This document shows positions 40,957 to 52,578 of a stretch of DNA of 64,000 nucleotides, one piece after another. This DNA comes from Parasitella parasitica NRRL 2501. Taxonomy: Eukaryota > Fungi > Mucoromycota. The position numbers and the translations under genes were made by a program. The first letter of the stretch is position 1. The number at the start of each line of letters is the position of its first letter. The stretch spans positions 219,701-283,700 of the forward strand of contig MU619263.1 of NCBI GenBank assembly GCA_025201805.1, written 5' to 3'. The notes beneath the pieces were generated by a model. That model worked only from the letters and a program-made list of their open reading frames with translations, was not told the origin of the DNA and ran no database searches.

Positions 40957-42194
40957 ACGTTATTTACTGCAACGCATGGTAGTGCAATGGTGGCATTGTC
41001 TTTTTGTTTTTCTTGTTGGGCATCATCGCTTTCGTCTTCATCTTTTATTGCGGCCAGATTGGATAATTGGGCCTTGTATGTTTCAATGTGGCTAGGCAAA
41101 CTTGGCTTCACGTCGTTGCTCTGGTAGCTGCAATGATCCAAGATACTTGGCATTTGGTGATGCAGCTGTTGGCGCTCTGCAATCATGAGGATTGAGGGTA
41201 CATGATGTGATCCTGCAAAGACAGACGACACTGGACTCGTCAAAACGTCAGAAAAACTAGATGCCCCTGGGCTCGTCAAACTGTCTGCAAAATTGTATGC
41301 TATTGGACTCATTAAAGAGTCTGCAAATGTAGATGATACTGGGTTTGTCAATGCGTCCGTGTAAACAGTGCTTGTAGCAGATGATCGACATGATGAATTG
41401 CTCTTGTGGGATAATGGAGGAGGGTTGAGAGGATTATAACATGAAGAGGGCTCTTCATCATATTCCGTTATATATGCTAGATTATTTACAGGATGATTTT
41501 CAGGGACGATAGCCATGGATGAATTGCTGTTGTTGCAATAGTGGCGACTCATTTCTGTTGTATCAGCAGTATAGGGTGTTAACTTAGGAGGCGGGTCCAT
41601 TGCTGTAATAGCTTCATCATCATCCGACAATGAAATATCCTGCATTTCTCTTTCCAAACGCTTACTATCATCATGGTCGTAGTCAGTCGTGGTCGACTCC
41701 ACATCATTCAGCTTGCTATTTCGTTTTCTCTTTCTGACGACATAGAACATGGCAGCTGCTATCAGAGCAATGCCACCAAAGACTCCAATGACAGGTGCTG
41801 CGATCTGTGTTACCTGTGTGGGTGTAGAAATGGATTTGTGTTGCTGCTGTTGTGTGAAAGTTTCTTCTGGCCTTTGGATAGCCGCTGCTGCTGTTCCTGA
41901 TGATGATATCTCGCTCTCGTCATTCAAAAAGTTTTGATCTGTTGTATTGTTTTGATCAACTGCATTAGGGAGCGCCAGCAAAGGTGTAGCTGATTGTGAA
42001 GGTGCCGTTGAGTGATGAGAGCCATTCAAATTTGGCTGGTTTATAGGTGTAGCGTGGAGGCGGTTTTTATGTGATGATGGTGTCTTTTGATTTCTAAGCG
42101 GAGCACTGTTCTTGGCTTGTCTGTTTTGAGTGGTCTTTTTTTTATTATTATATACAGCATTATTATGTACTTTCTTTTCAGGTGAAACGGTCAT
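40953..42194 (-). CDS. Single-pass membrane protein (Mid2/Skg6-like architecture); true start may lie upstream
   Basis: S/T/Q-rich region, TM IAAPVIGVFGGIALIAAAMFYVV followed by RKRKR, long Ser-rich cytoplasmic tail. Confidence 0.7.
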   Translation of the reverse strand: MTVSPEKKVHNNAVYNNKKKTTQNRQAKNSAPLRNQKTPSSHKNRLHATPINQPNLNGSHHSTAPSQSATPLLALPNAVDQNNTTDQNFLNDESEISSSGTAAAAIQRPEETFTQQQQHKSISTPTQVTQIAAPVIGVFGGIALIAAAMFYVVRKRKRNSKLNDVESTTTDYDHDDSKRLEREMQDISLSDDDEAITAMDPPPKLTPYTADTTEMSRHYCNNSNSSMAIVPENHPVNNLAYITEYDEEPSSCYNPLNPPPLSHKSNSSCRSSATSTVYTDALTNPVSSTFADSLMSPIAYNFADSLTSPGASSFSDVLTSPVSSVFAGSHHVPSILMIAERQQLHHQMPSILDHCSYQSNDVKPSLPSHIETYKAQLSNLAAIKDEDESDDAQQEKQKDNATIALPCVAVNNV

Positions 42195-42770
42195 TTTTCT
42201 TCTAATCTAGAAAGATGAAATAAAGCGAAAAGAAGACAGATAAATTGTACATAATGGCCTCATTATATTTTTTTTTAGAACCAGGTTTAAAGAATATGAA
42301 TATGGCAATAAATGCCCTTAACAATGGAAAATGTATAGTACATACATTAAAAATTTTCATTATGCTTTCTGACAAAATCAATGCGATTCAGGGGTCGTTT
42401 TTTTTTTTTTGGTTGTTCTAAATCAGGAACGACATGTAGCAAATTTCAAATCGTCGTCTTGATTGGATTGAATTCTTGGAAAGTTCCATTGACACACTAT
42501 TGGGTAGAACCAGAGCTTCTGAGTCCTGTTTACCACAAAAAATTTTCTTGCTCGCTCCCTTTCTTATCTCGTCTTTTAACAAGCAGTTTGCCTTCGTCAT
42601 CTCTTTTCTTAAATACGTCGACATCTCTTTCATTTTCTTTTTCGTCATCAAAAAAAAAATCCAAAAAGCTATTCCCGACTTACAAAGTATTATCATCCAA
42701 TAAAATATATTGCATATAGACGATCAAAGGTCTCCATTGTCTGCAAACACCATCTATCTATCTAATATTG

Positions 42771-42920
42771 GTAAGTAAGGTTGCTGCGAAAAAAGAAAAG
42801 GTGTGAAACGATATAGGAGATGAAAAGATATTGCTTGATTAAATCTTGTCCTGCAAATATCACCTGGATGAAAGAGAGAAGGCTGTTTTAATGCAGAAAA
42901 CTAACATGTAATTTGCTTAG
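42771..42920 (+). other. Probable 5'-UTR intron of the bZIP gene
   Basis: gtaagt donor, ctaac branch at 42901, ttag acceptor 71 nt before the ATG. Confidence 0.55.
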
Positions 42921-42991
42921 AGATCTACGCCACCTACAACACAAATATACTAATCGCAAAAAAAAAAAAAAAAATATATAAATATATATTT

Positions 42992-44293
42992 ATGTCTGAA
43001 GCAAGTGTCCAATCTAACAGTACCGCTAATTCAAATGACATTCACTTGAATCACTCGAAACGAAACGCAAGCGACGATATTGATGAATTGAGGGATGCCA
43101 AATCATTAAAACTAGAAGATACATCAAATGATCCCAAAACGGCATCTCCAACTCCTGTAGCTGTTGTGTCTGAAGATTCACCTGATGCCGAGGAGCAGCA
43201 TTCACAAGTAAACATTGACCCCGCTGTGGCTGCCGCCGCCGCTGCTGCTACTGCCGCTCATCAGCAACAACAGCAGCAGCAACAGCAGCAACAAGGCAAT
43301 GCAATCAGTGATAACACCAATGCGAATCAACATGGTAATAACAGCAACGGCAGTAGCAGCAGCAGTAGCAGTACAAATCCTCTAATAGCCATGGCTGCTC
43401 ATCCTAATGTTCCACCGCCTCCAGGCTTACATTTATTAACTGATCCTCAACAGCAACAACTACTCCAATCATATGTACAAGCCCAGGCACAGGCACAGGG
43501 TCAAGATCTCGGCAATCTGACCGCCTCATCTCTTGCTCAAGCCATGGTATCTCCTATTGCTGTTCCTAGCCTTACGTCCAATCTATTACAACAGCTCCAG
43601 CAAAGCGGTAATGTCATTACTGCGCTTCCTGGCCCACCTCATATGCCTGGAGGAGGCTCTCCCCCCAACATCTCTCCCCACCTTCAACAGCAACCTCAGA
43701 GCGCCAACGGTGCTGCAGATGAGAACAACACCAACGGGATGAAAAGAGCTAATGCGAGAACCTTATCTAATGATGAACGTCGCCAACGTCGATTATTGAG
43801 AAACCGTGTAGCTGCAAAAGAATGCCGTAAAAAGAAAAAGCAGCATATCCATGAGATGGAAGAAAAGATTGTGAAATTGGAAGAGGAGAATGCCAAGTTA
43901 AAGGCGGAAGTGGAGGAACTACAAGCTAAACTGTCCAGTGGTGGGTCGTTGGGTGGATCTGAAAGTTACCGTTTGATGAAGGAAGTTGAGGAATTAAATG
44001 CAAAGTTAGGAATGGGAGGTGTCCCTTTGCCGAATGGTAGCGCGTTGACTGCTGCGGTCATGGCAGTTGCTCAGCAGCAGCAGCAGCAGCAGCAACAGGC
44101 TGCAAAATCAGATGAAGCGTCCAACACAGCCACTGCAGGCACTCCGTCTTCTGCTCCCGCAAGTACGCCTCCAAGCACATCTGCTACTACGACACCAACT
44201 GCTACAGCAATTGCAAACAACAGTCAGCCCGACGATACGACATCCGTTTCCAATGAGCCCAATAATGATGACAATGGTGACTCATCTCCTTGA
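42992..44293 (+). CDS. bZIP transcription factor (ATF/CREB-like), poly-Q/poly-A rich
   Basis: ERRQRRLLRNRVAAKECRKKKK basic region plus leucine zipper. Confidence 0.9.
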   Translation: MSEASVQSNSTANSNDIHLNHSKRNASDDIDELRDAKSLKLEDTSNDPKTASPTPVAVVSEDSPDAEEQHSQVNIDPAVAAAAAAATAAHQQQQQQQQQQQGNAISDNTNANQHGNNSNGSSSSSSSTNPLIAMAAHPNVPPPPGLHLLTDPQQQQLLQSYVQAQAQAQGQDLGNLTASSLAQAMVSPIAVPSLTSNLLQQLQQSGNVITALPGPPHMPGGGSPPNISPHLQQQPQSANGAADENNTNGMKRANARTLSNDERRQRRLLRNRVAAKECRKKKKQHIHEMEEKIVKLEEENAKLKAEVEELQAKLSSGGSLGGSESYRLMKEVEELNAKLGMGGVPLPNGSALTAAVMAVAQQQQQQQQQAAKSDEASNTATAGTPSSAPASTPPSTSATTTPTATAIANNSQPDDTTSVSNEPNNDDNGDSSP

Positions 44294-44495
44294 TAGCCAT
44301 TAATTTAAGTAATTAAAAAAAAAAAAAGATCAATTGAAACAATCTTTATTTTGCATTGCTGTTGGGAAGATCTCTTTGTCAAATCTAGAAGGCGATTCTC
44401 GGTCTTTTATTAATGTTTTATTAGAAACAATGTAAAATATATATAAATATCACTGCAAAAATAAAGAAGATGATTTCTGTTTCTATCGTGCAATC

Positions 44496-45824
44496 ATGAA
44501 GCTGTCCGCGCACATTACCATATTTACCATTCTTCTCCTCTCGTGTCTATTTATCTGGACATTCTACTACTACCAGTCAAGTTTTATTACATTTCTAACT
44601 TCATTAAGGCAGCAGCAGCAAGGACAACTTAAAGCAGAGGCTGTGCGACATACGCCTAGATACATGACATATCTGCCTCACTCAGGATTGCATAACCAAC
44701 GCATCTCGCTTATAAATGCTCTGGTCATTGCACACGCACTCAATCGCACCCTGTTAATGCCTGAATTGAACATTGGACAAGCAACGTTCTGGGCGGACTC
44801 CCAACTCCTGGCAAAACAGTTGGAATTATGTGTAGCCTACATTAGACAGAACAAAAAAGAGCCTGCGCGTCGCCTGCGATGTCAACTATATAGCAAATAC
44901 AGGGCTCTTCCTGTTGAATCCATATTTGGCCTGTCTTCAGCACATGCATTAGATATCCACACTGAACAAAGGTCAGACATGTCAAGAGACTACATCCCTC
45001 GTCATGCAAGCGCTTTTCAGCTCAATGATTCCGTATATACTGTGCCAGACCTATTTCGTTATTCCTATCAATTATGCGATTATGACCCCAGCCTTTATGA
45101 GTCCCAAGGAGAAATGAATGATAAATATCTCAAGCGTATTAGACTCGATGAATTGAAGTCAAGGCCGGAAACTTATCTAGAATTTGGTTCCTTATTTGGC
45201 ACATCAAGATTACAGTTGCACGAACCAGAGCTGATTTGGCTGAGAGAACACTTGCATCGTACGACAGGTATCAACCATCCAGAGGTTAATTTTTCTAGTA
45301 AAGCGGTTATTGAGGCTCTGGGCGAGAACTATACCAGCGTTCATTTACGCCAAGGAAATGGCATTTTTCAGGAGATGGCACATGAAACCATTGCTCAAGT
45401 AGAGTCAGTTTTACTAGGCGCTTTAGCAAACGATGATGCGAACAAAGATCTGAAAGATCGTTTAAAGCGCACTGTATCTGTGCAAGAACGTTTAAAAGAG
45501 TGTCGCTCAGCACAAAAACAGTTGCAACAGGACTCTGAATTGGAAATGATATATTTAGCAACTGATGCGTCAAACCCACAACATGATTTTTCTCAATTGT
45601 TTGATAGATATCCGTGCATATTTACACTCGGTGATTTCTATAATGCCAAGGTTTTATTGCAAGATAAAAAAAAGGACAGCTTCAAACATTTGTTACCCCC
45701 AATGATTGATGCCGAGATTGCATCCCATGCCAAACGATTCATTGGGACCCGAAAGAGTACTTATTCAGCTTATGTGAGATATAGAAACCAACATTACCGT
45801 GGGCTGGATTTCTTTACTCAGTAA
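44496..45824 (+). CDS. O-fucosyltransferase-family (CigA-like) type II membrane protein
   Basis: N-terminal TM, YLPHSGLHNQRISLINAL..LNRTLLMP, GSLFG, SVHLR, IYLATD, FIGTRKSTYS; intronless. Confidence 0.85.
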   Translation: MKLSAHITIFTILLLSCLFIWTFYYYQSSFITFLTSLRQQQQGQLKAEAVRHTPRYMTYLPHSGLHNQRISLINALVIAHALNRTLLMPELNIGQATFWADSQLLAKQLELCVAYIRQNKKEPARRLRCQLYSKYRALPVESIFGLSSAHALDIHTEQRSDMSRDYIPRHASAFQLNDSVYTVPDLFRYSYQLCDYDPSLYESQGEMNDKYLKRIRLDELKSRPETYLEFGSLFGTSRLQLHEPELIWLREHLHRTTGINHPEVNFSSKAVIEALGENYTSVHLRQGNGIFQEMAHETIAQVESVLLGALANDDANKDLKDRLKRTVSVQERLKECRSAQKQLQQDSELEMIYLATDASNPQHDFSQLFDRYPCIFTLGDFYNAKVLLQDKKKDSFKHLLPPMIDAEIASHAKRFIGTRKSTYSAYVRYRNQHYRGLDFFTQ

Positions 45825-46598
45825 GAAGAATAGGTCACATCGTCTTCAGAAGACTATACGTATATGAGCCGTTGTTAATAAATCCGCTTGCTTACATGTG
45901 AAATGTAAACTTACATCCTCATCATAATTACTAGATGCACATANNNNNNNNNNNNNNNNNNNNAAAAAAAAACAACAGAGTTAATAACAAATCATGCACA
46001 TACTAAGATGTCTCTTACGCCTCTCCCAATACGCCTTGTAGATCTCTGATTTGACTCTTCAAATCGTTCTTAACGTTGATTAAATGTCGAATATGATCGA
46101 CAGCTGGTGTCCAAAAAGGTGATTAATGCTTCTCACGCCATAATTAACTACTGGGGGTGAACCCAACTTACATTTTTGTAATATAAATGCCTCTGATCTA
46201 TTGCCTTGTGTTAATGATGGCACAATTTCAATGAGTTGATCGAATCCTAATCGAATATTTTGTCTACGCTTCTTCTCTGATGCAATGTGATTGGCCTTTT
46301 TTTCAGCATCTGTTAACAGTTCATGTGGTGCTTTGCGACCTTTTCGTTCCTTTTTCTCGGATACATCTACTTCTTCTTCATCCTCTCCGTTCAATGCTTT
46401 TTCTGTTGAGTAACTACGCTTCCTGTTATTACTTGCGTTTTTTGTATTACTATGTTCTAGGCTTTTATCGTCTAATTCACTGTATTAGAAGCAAATCTCT
46501 GAATCTCAATAGTTAAATGGACTACCATGTATTAAAGAGCTTGGATACAAGTTGTTAATACTGCTATCGCTGGACTTTTGTTGCTGTTTTTGCGACAT
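45818..46598 (-). CDS. bHLH transcription factor (Ino4/Mlx-like)
   Basis: ELLTDAEKKANHIASEKKRRQNIRLGFDQLIEIVPSL..SEAFILQKSVDHI; 16-nt micro-exon 45915-45930; last exon SSEDDVTYSSY-stop; terminal exons inferred across an N gap. Confidence 0.8.
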
Positions 46599-47077
46599 TG
46601 TGTTGTGTATTTGGGTAGAAAAGAACGAAAGCTAATATGAAAGTAAGCAAAAAAGTGGGAAACATACAATTGTTACATTTTTATTGTCACAACTTGCCAT
46701 TGATTGGGCATGACCACGTGAAAACACATTATTCCTGACAAAAAATCATTTTCTTTTATCGTTGTTTGACAGGGATTGTATATACCGGCATAGCCTATAA
46801 TGCTGCAATAGCGAAATGCCATCCTAAGATTGAGTTTTACTGTGGAAATTTGCTGATCATTTTGTTGCTTCAGCTTCGGAACGAAGTACATCTCAAATAG
46901 CAACCTCAACATTGTTTCTTTAATACTCAACATACATCTCTAATATAAATAGCAAATTACTTGTCAAATTAATAAAGATCATCTTTTAACTGATATATAA
47001 TTTATCGTACTAAACTTCATTATGTCAAGGCAAAGTCAAAAACGTCTCACGTAATTCAAGTGAAATGAAAAAGTTGT

Positions 47078-47150
47078 TGAGGCTACCAGGGGTCGAACCT
47101 GGAATCTCCTGATTCGTAGTCAGACGCCTTATCCATTGGGCCATAGCCCC
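47078..47150 (-). tRNA. tRNA-Arg(ACG), intronless
   Basis: GGGGCTA..TAGCCTC acceptor stem, D arm GGCCCAATGGATAAGGC, anticodon arm TCTGA-CTACGAA-TCAGG, T arm CCAGGTTCGACCCCTGG. Confidence 0.96.
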
Positions 47151-48672
47151 CAACTTAATTTTGTCAAATGCAAAATGCTTTACTATCTAAAAACAATTAT
47201 AAAGTAGAGCAAAAACACGTGATATACACTATTCATTGCCTGGGCAAATGTTGGATAAGAAGACTTTGATTAACATGATCAATAAGATGTTTATTTAATA
47301 AGTTTTATGTTATATTTATACTAATTCTAAACTGTTTCTAGAAGTTTCCAAGGGCTTGTATTTGTCTGTCTTGGTTTCTAGAAATTACTGTTTATCTGTG
47401 ATATATAGAAACGCTTATACTTCTTGAACTTTTGCGAGGTACTCTTGGCTTGAAGTTGCGTTTTGCCCGGCTTGGGCATTGTTGTCTCCGGGATACTTGC
47501 CGAACCGGTGCTGACAATTTTGAGACGTATGTACTTTTTCAAGTTATAAATTGCGCTATGCCAACTCTCAAAAAATAAATGTTCTAAGAAATATTAATCA
47601 TGTAATTCTATATCTAAAAAGTGGTGTTGTCGAAGTATGTCTATTCTGGAATCTGCGGAAGACGCCGGCGCATACTAAAATTATTTGGGTTTCAACAAGT
47701 TCAGGAATAAAAAAAAGTGTGTGTGCTGATCTGAATTGTAGCTTCAAACATCTTTGACAGGTATTCCAACAATTCCATTGAGGTACCACGCTTTCTCTCA
47801 CCATCTTATCACAACAGCCAAGAAGATTTATAAATCACTCCATTATCCAATCTTTGGATAAAACGTTACATCCGCACCTCCATGGAGGTCCTTTTTATGA
47901 AGGAAGGTTACGATAATGAGCACACCCACATTTATCAAATTTTGCCACTTGCTCTGTCGCTTTCGCCTGCCTAGATAGCTCTATAACATCATGATTTCTA
48001 CTAGAGCCTTTCACGAGCGATATTCGAGGTGACGGGGTTAAGCTGCATACATTATCGCGGTATTTAATGGCTCCACCTATCTCAGAATGCGGTGTTGATG
48101 GCATCGACTCCTGTAGCCAACATCTAGCTCTACAGCTTTGCTATATCAAGCGTCCTTCTTACTGACGAACACATGGTAAAAAACCCTTCGTATACCAGAT
48201 ACCCATATATTAATTTTCCTTTTGCCTTATGTGTTTTACCAAAGCATTTCTTTCCTTTGGACGAGTGCCTTTTTATCAATTTCTTTTTTTTAAAAAAAAA
48301 CAACAGGATGTGTTAAAGTTTGGAATATTGTTCCAAAGAAGCGCTTGTTTCTAATGAGAAGAGCAAGAACGTTAATGCTTGTGCGAAAGAGCTTGCCTTT
48401 ATTATAATCATGATGTGATTACTTGATCATTTCTTTTTGCTGCATACATAATATGCAGAAGGTATTAAAAGAAAAAGAACTGTATCTGGGAATAATGCAT
48501 ACAGGTACAGGTAGTACAACAATGCACTGAAAGTAATCATGCTGTAAATTATTTTTTCGGTCGTTTTAATATTATTATTATTACAATTATTATAACTATT
48601 ATATTGTTATTGTTATTATTATTTTGATTTTTAAAAGCAATAAAGACTAATCAAAGATTACAACAATGGCGT

Positions 48673-50193
48673 TCAATCAATCAATCCAAACTTTTTCTCG
48701 TTCTTTTTCTTTTCAATCAAAGTAGAAATGAAGCTTGCCATGTTCTTCTTTGCCAAACTGGTCATCTTCAAACGATGCTTGATGCCGAATTCTTCAGCTA
48801 AATCATCAGGATCAGAACCTTCTTGCACTATAATGGTAGTACTGATACCCTCCGAGATCTCTAAATTGATTCTCAAGAATGGCCCTTGTGGCTCAAATCC
48901 TCTTGTGCTTTCTGGTCGGGTTTGAGACTCTAATTGACTATGGCTAGATGATCTTGCTTGAAATTGAGATTGTTGGTATTGTTGTTGTTGTTGTTGTTGT
49001 TGTTGTTCTTTGACTGCTATTGCTGCTGTTGCTGCTGCGTTTGTTGTTTGTTCGGCAGCATGTCCCGCAGGAACAAAAGGTTTGATATCTAAATGTTTAC
49101 GTAATAAGGATTGATCTAAATGAACTCTCGACTTTGTTTCACGAGCAGCAGAGTGTGATGGTACTAAATCATCTTTTGGGGTGGGAGAAGTAATTTTCAA
49201 AATCTTCTTGATAGGCGGTGGTGGGACAAATGTAGGAATGAATACAGGTGCGTCAGCGTTGTAGACGAGAGGGTTTGAAACTGAGCTTTGGGCAGAGGAG
49301 GTAGATGTGGATGCAGTAGAAGGAACAAAACTAGGCACTTTTGTATTCCATTTGACGGCGGCACCTGGTTTTAAGACAGGATTGGATCCCTTTGAAGGGT
49401 CAAAATCTTGTGCATCAATGTTCCATTTGGTTGCCGGAGCGGTCGGTTTTGGCTCGTTTTCTTTACTAGAAACTTCAGCGGGAGACATACTATAAGCTGG
49501 TAAACTTTCGGACGTCAAGGAAGGCGTCCTTTTAGCAGTAGGAGTAGGGTTGACATTTTGTGGCGCTCCCCGTGAAAATCCGTTAGTACCAGGATTTTGG
49601 GAAGGAGCAGCTACAGACACAGTCGGCTTTGGCATCTCTTGTTTTTTCTCCCAGAAGGGAGTTACGGATAATGGTGCGGACCCCCACATAGAACCAGGTT
49701 GGTTCCTAGCCAATGCTCTAGCAGGTGCAGTAGGCCTAATAACAGGAACATAAGGTCGATGATTCACTCTTCCTGGAAGAAGAGCAGCGGCTGGCTTTGC
49801 TTGGTGTGGTGCAATCGATGCAGATTTCTTTTTCTTTGATTTTTTTGTCTTTGAAGAAGCTGATTGCTTGGAAGGTACGCCTGTACCAAGTCGTTGTGCT
49901 AAGATAGCTTGTTCTGAAATTGGCTTGAAATTGACACCTTTTCTATGTAAACCACCAGAACCGATACCACCGGCCTTAATTTTGATTGAGGGATCAATCA
50001 GAGTGCTCCAGGTAGCCTTTTCTTTCGTGGCATTCTCCCCCCAGGCTGTAACTTCAATTTCATCCTCGTATTCACTGTCACTCTCAGTTTGGTAATCTTC
50101 GTCATCCGATGTACATTCACTTTTCTGGTGACCCACTGATCCGTATTGGTTATTGTGAATAGTGTCTATGGTATTGAGAGCTTGCCAACTCAT
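48673..50193 (-). CDS. Hypothetical disordered protein with several PAM2-like motifs and a small C-terminal globular domain
   Basis: 506-aa intronless ORF; motifs WNIDAQDFDP, WNTKVPSFVP, YNADAPVFIP, LDIKPFVP. Confidence 0.75.
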   Translation of the reverse strand: MSWQALNTIDTIHNNQYGSVGHQKSECTSDDEDYQTESDSEYEDEIEVTAWGENATKEKATWSTLIDPSIKIKAGGIGSGGLHRKGVNFKPISEQAILAQRLGTGVPSKQSASSKTKKSKKKKSASIAPHQAKPAAALLPGRVNHRPYVPVIRPTAPARALARNQPGSMWGSAPLSVTPFWEKKQEMPKPTVSVAAPSQNPGTNGFSRGAPQNVNPTPTAKRTPSLTSESLPAYSMSPAEVSSKENEPKPTAPATKWNIDAQDFDPSKGSNPVLKPGAAVKWNTKVPSFVPSTASTSTSSAQSSVSNPLVYNADAPVFIPTFVPPPPIKKILKITSPTPKDDLVPSHSAARETKSRVHLDQSLLRKHLDIKPFVPAGHAAEQTTNAAATAAIAVKEQQQQQQQQQYQQSQFQARSSSHSQLESQTRPESTRGFEPQGPFLRINLEISEGISTTIIVQEGSDPDDLAEEFGIKHRLKMTSLAKKNMASFISTLIEKKKNEKKFGLID

Positions 50194-50377
50194 GGTCTTA
50201 ACAATATTCTCGAAGAGAGAGAAGTACTGTCATTGAAACAAAGACAGATAAACTTCAACATCAACTTGCTTGGTGACTGCCAACACCCTGCTCATGCTTG
50301 TTACAGGAAAACCTTTTTATTTTTTATTTTTATTATGGGATCAAGATGTAAACTTGAAACGGGAATGATAATAATTA

Positions 50378-52483
50378 CTACGTTAACGCACGACATCCAA
50401 AATCTAGCCACCACAGCGAACCATTATTTGATCCGTATACCAATCCCATTGACCCCATCGCTAGCCGCGATCTCACAAAATCATAACCATCTGATAAATC
50501 GTCGTCTTCCCTTCTGATAGCATCTGGCTGGTCCATCCATTCTTGAGTTTCATTCAACAAAAAAGTGACTCTAGCCGCCGTTGTTCCATTGAGCGCGTAC
50601 AAGGAAATATCTCCATGTCGGTTCACAGTGGCTACACGATCTCCATGCGTTGCAACATTGACAATTTCTTTGGCTGCATTACCTAATGGACTAGTGCGAA
50701 TGGAATGCGCAAGCTGCGGTTTTTCATCGAATTTCGGCAATGGGCAGGATGCAATTTTGTGTGCCTGGCTATCGATATGTTGTTTAATGTATTGATCCGT
50801 TTTCATTTGACATGCGTAGCCATAGTCATTGTATGATGAATGTCGGCGTATACGAACGGATTTACAAAGTTCCCGAGAGGATCTTTTAAGTAATGTGCTA
50901 GAAGCAATGGATGGACGAGGTTGACTGTTCACATGCTGCTGCTGTGTAATATTGGGTATAAGGTTCAAAGACGAAGACGACTTTAAGCCTAGCAGATTGC
51001 TGAATGTATTGGATAATCTTCTTCTCCGAGGCATAACAGGCACAGATGCAGAAGATTGTGGTATAATGGCATTATCAGATTGGCCGGTATCGCTGGTTGG
51101 TAAGGAGGATGCCGCTTCGGGCCATTGGTAGTGGAGAATTCTGCGCGATGCATGCGGCGCAAGTATAATGCTGAGCGCATTGTCATATTCAATGCATGGA
51201 ATGCTGCATGCACCCAGATAATGAGACAGTGTGGCTTCACTTGCGTTATCGAAAATATCGAAAACATGCAGTAATCCATCCACACTAATAGTTATCAAGT
51301 TATCTCCAGATAAGAACACGTTGTGGGGCTGATTATCAAAAGCCTACATTGCAAAAATTGGTATGCTGCAATACTCCTAATTGACCTATATAATGACTGT
51401 ACCCTATTTGACAATCTCACTCCTTTTCTCCAATTCCAAACAAAAACAGCTGATGGCTTGCGCCCTGACACGGCAAAATAATCTTGATTCACCGAGATGG
51501 AGTCGGGAACGAACCAAGGGTGACTTCCACCCTTCAAAACTTGAATCGGATCATGTTTTGATCCCTTGGTGATATCATAAAACATGCATTTCCTAACCAA
51601 ACGTTGGCTATTACTGCTCTTTTTTTTTTTTTTTTCACAACTGCTACGAAAAACTTACGATCCACGTTGTGCCACCACCAAGATATTGATTTCAGGCAAA
51701 ATATCAATGCACTCTACTATGTTACTGGATTGTTGATTCGGATCACCAAATGACCATTTCGATTTGTGTGTGAATCCGGCTTCGGCTGAATATTGGTATA
51801 GCCTCACAGTATTGTCCTAAAATATTTAAATTGTCAACAAAACCAAGTATTAAAAAGACGGCCCGTTTCATAACTTACCTCTGCTAGAGTTGCCAAGAGC
51901 CCATCTTTCAATTTGACAGACAGTAGCCGATGGCCATTATTATCGTCTAGTTTTGTTGGTTTTTGTACGGTTCCCATTCTCCAATTGGCAAATGTGATTG
52001 CTTGGCAGTAGCGTGTCTTTAACGGCAGTGATGCCGCCTCAATGGCCTTGGACGGTTTATGTGCATAGATATCTGCACATCTTGAGTTCAAACTAGAAAG
52101 CCGGTTTCGCCAAATGGAAGTATCCTGCGTTAATCTTTTCCAGAGACGACAGGTCTGTTGGGATGGTCATGCAGTTGCGTGTTACAATTCCTTTTTTTAG
52201 CGATGGGTTTTCCTATTAATATCCTGGTTACAGTATTCAAACTTACCAATTGAATTCTGATTAGATCTTGGAAGGTTAATAGTGAGAATATTTGCAAGAC
52301 AATCTCTTTGGGAAGCATGCTAACGATATCCGTTTGTTCATGCTCATGCAGAGTAAGTGCTACTGCTGGCGAGTCGTTTTGTTCGGGAACAAGTTCAAGG
52401 TCTGAATGAAAATTTGATCCAGGTAATAGCGATAGCTTTCGAAGCGGTCTAACCAGCTGTTGAACAGATTTTCTACGAGTCAT
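50378..52483 (-). CDS. F-box protein with degenerate WD40-like C-terminal region
   Basis: DIVSMLPKEIVLQIFSLLTFQDLIRIQL F-box; NWRMG; beta-strand repeats (VFVWNWRKG, LWWLDF); about 4 introns. Confidence 0.8.
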
Positions 52484-52578
52484 TTCTGCAAGAAAGGAAG
52501 ACGAAGAAAAAAGAAAAAAATAAAGGGAGAGGAGAAAAAGCAAAAGGATATAATGCATTTAAGGTTTCTTTTACTTTA

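Noticed and set aside
47400-48200. Moderately GC-rich intergenic patch near the tRNA, considered as ncRNA or TE relic
   Set aside because: No snRNA/snoRNA boxes, TIRs or protein motif could be identified
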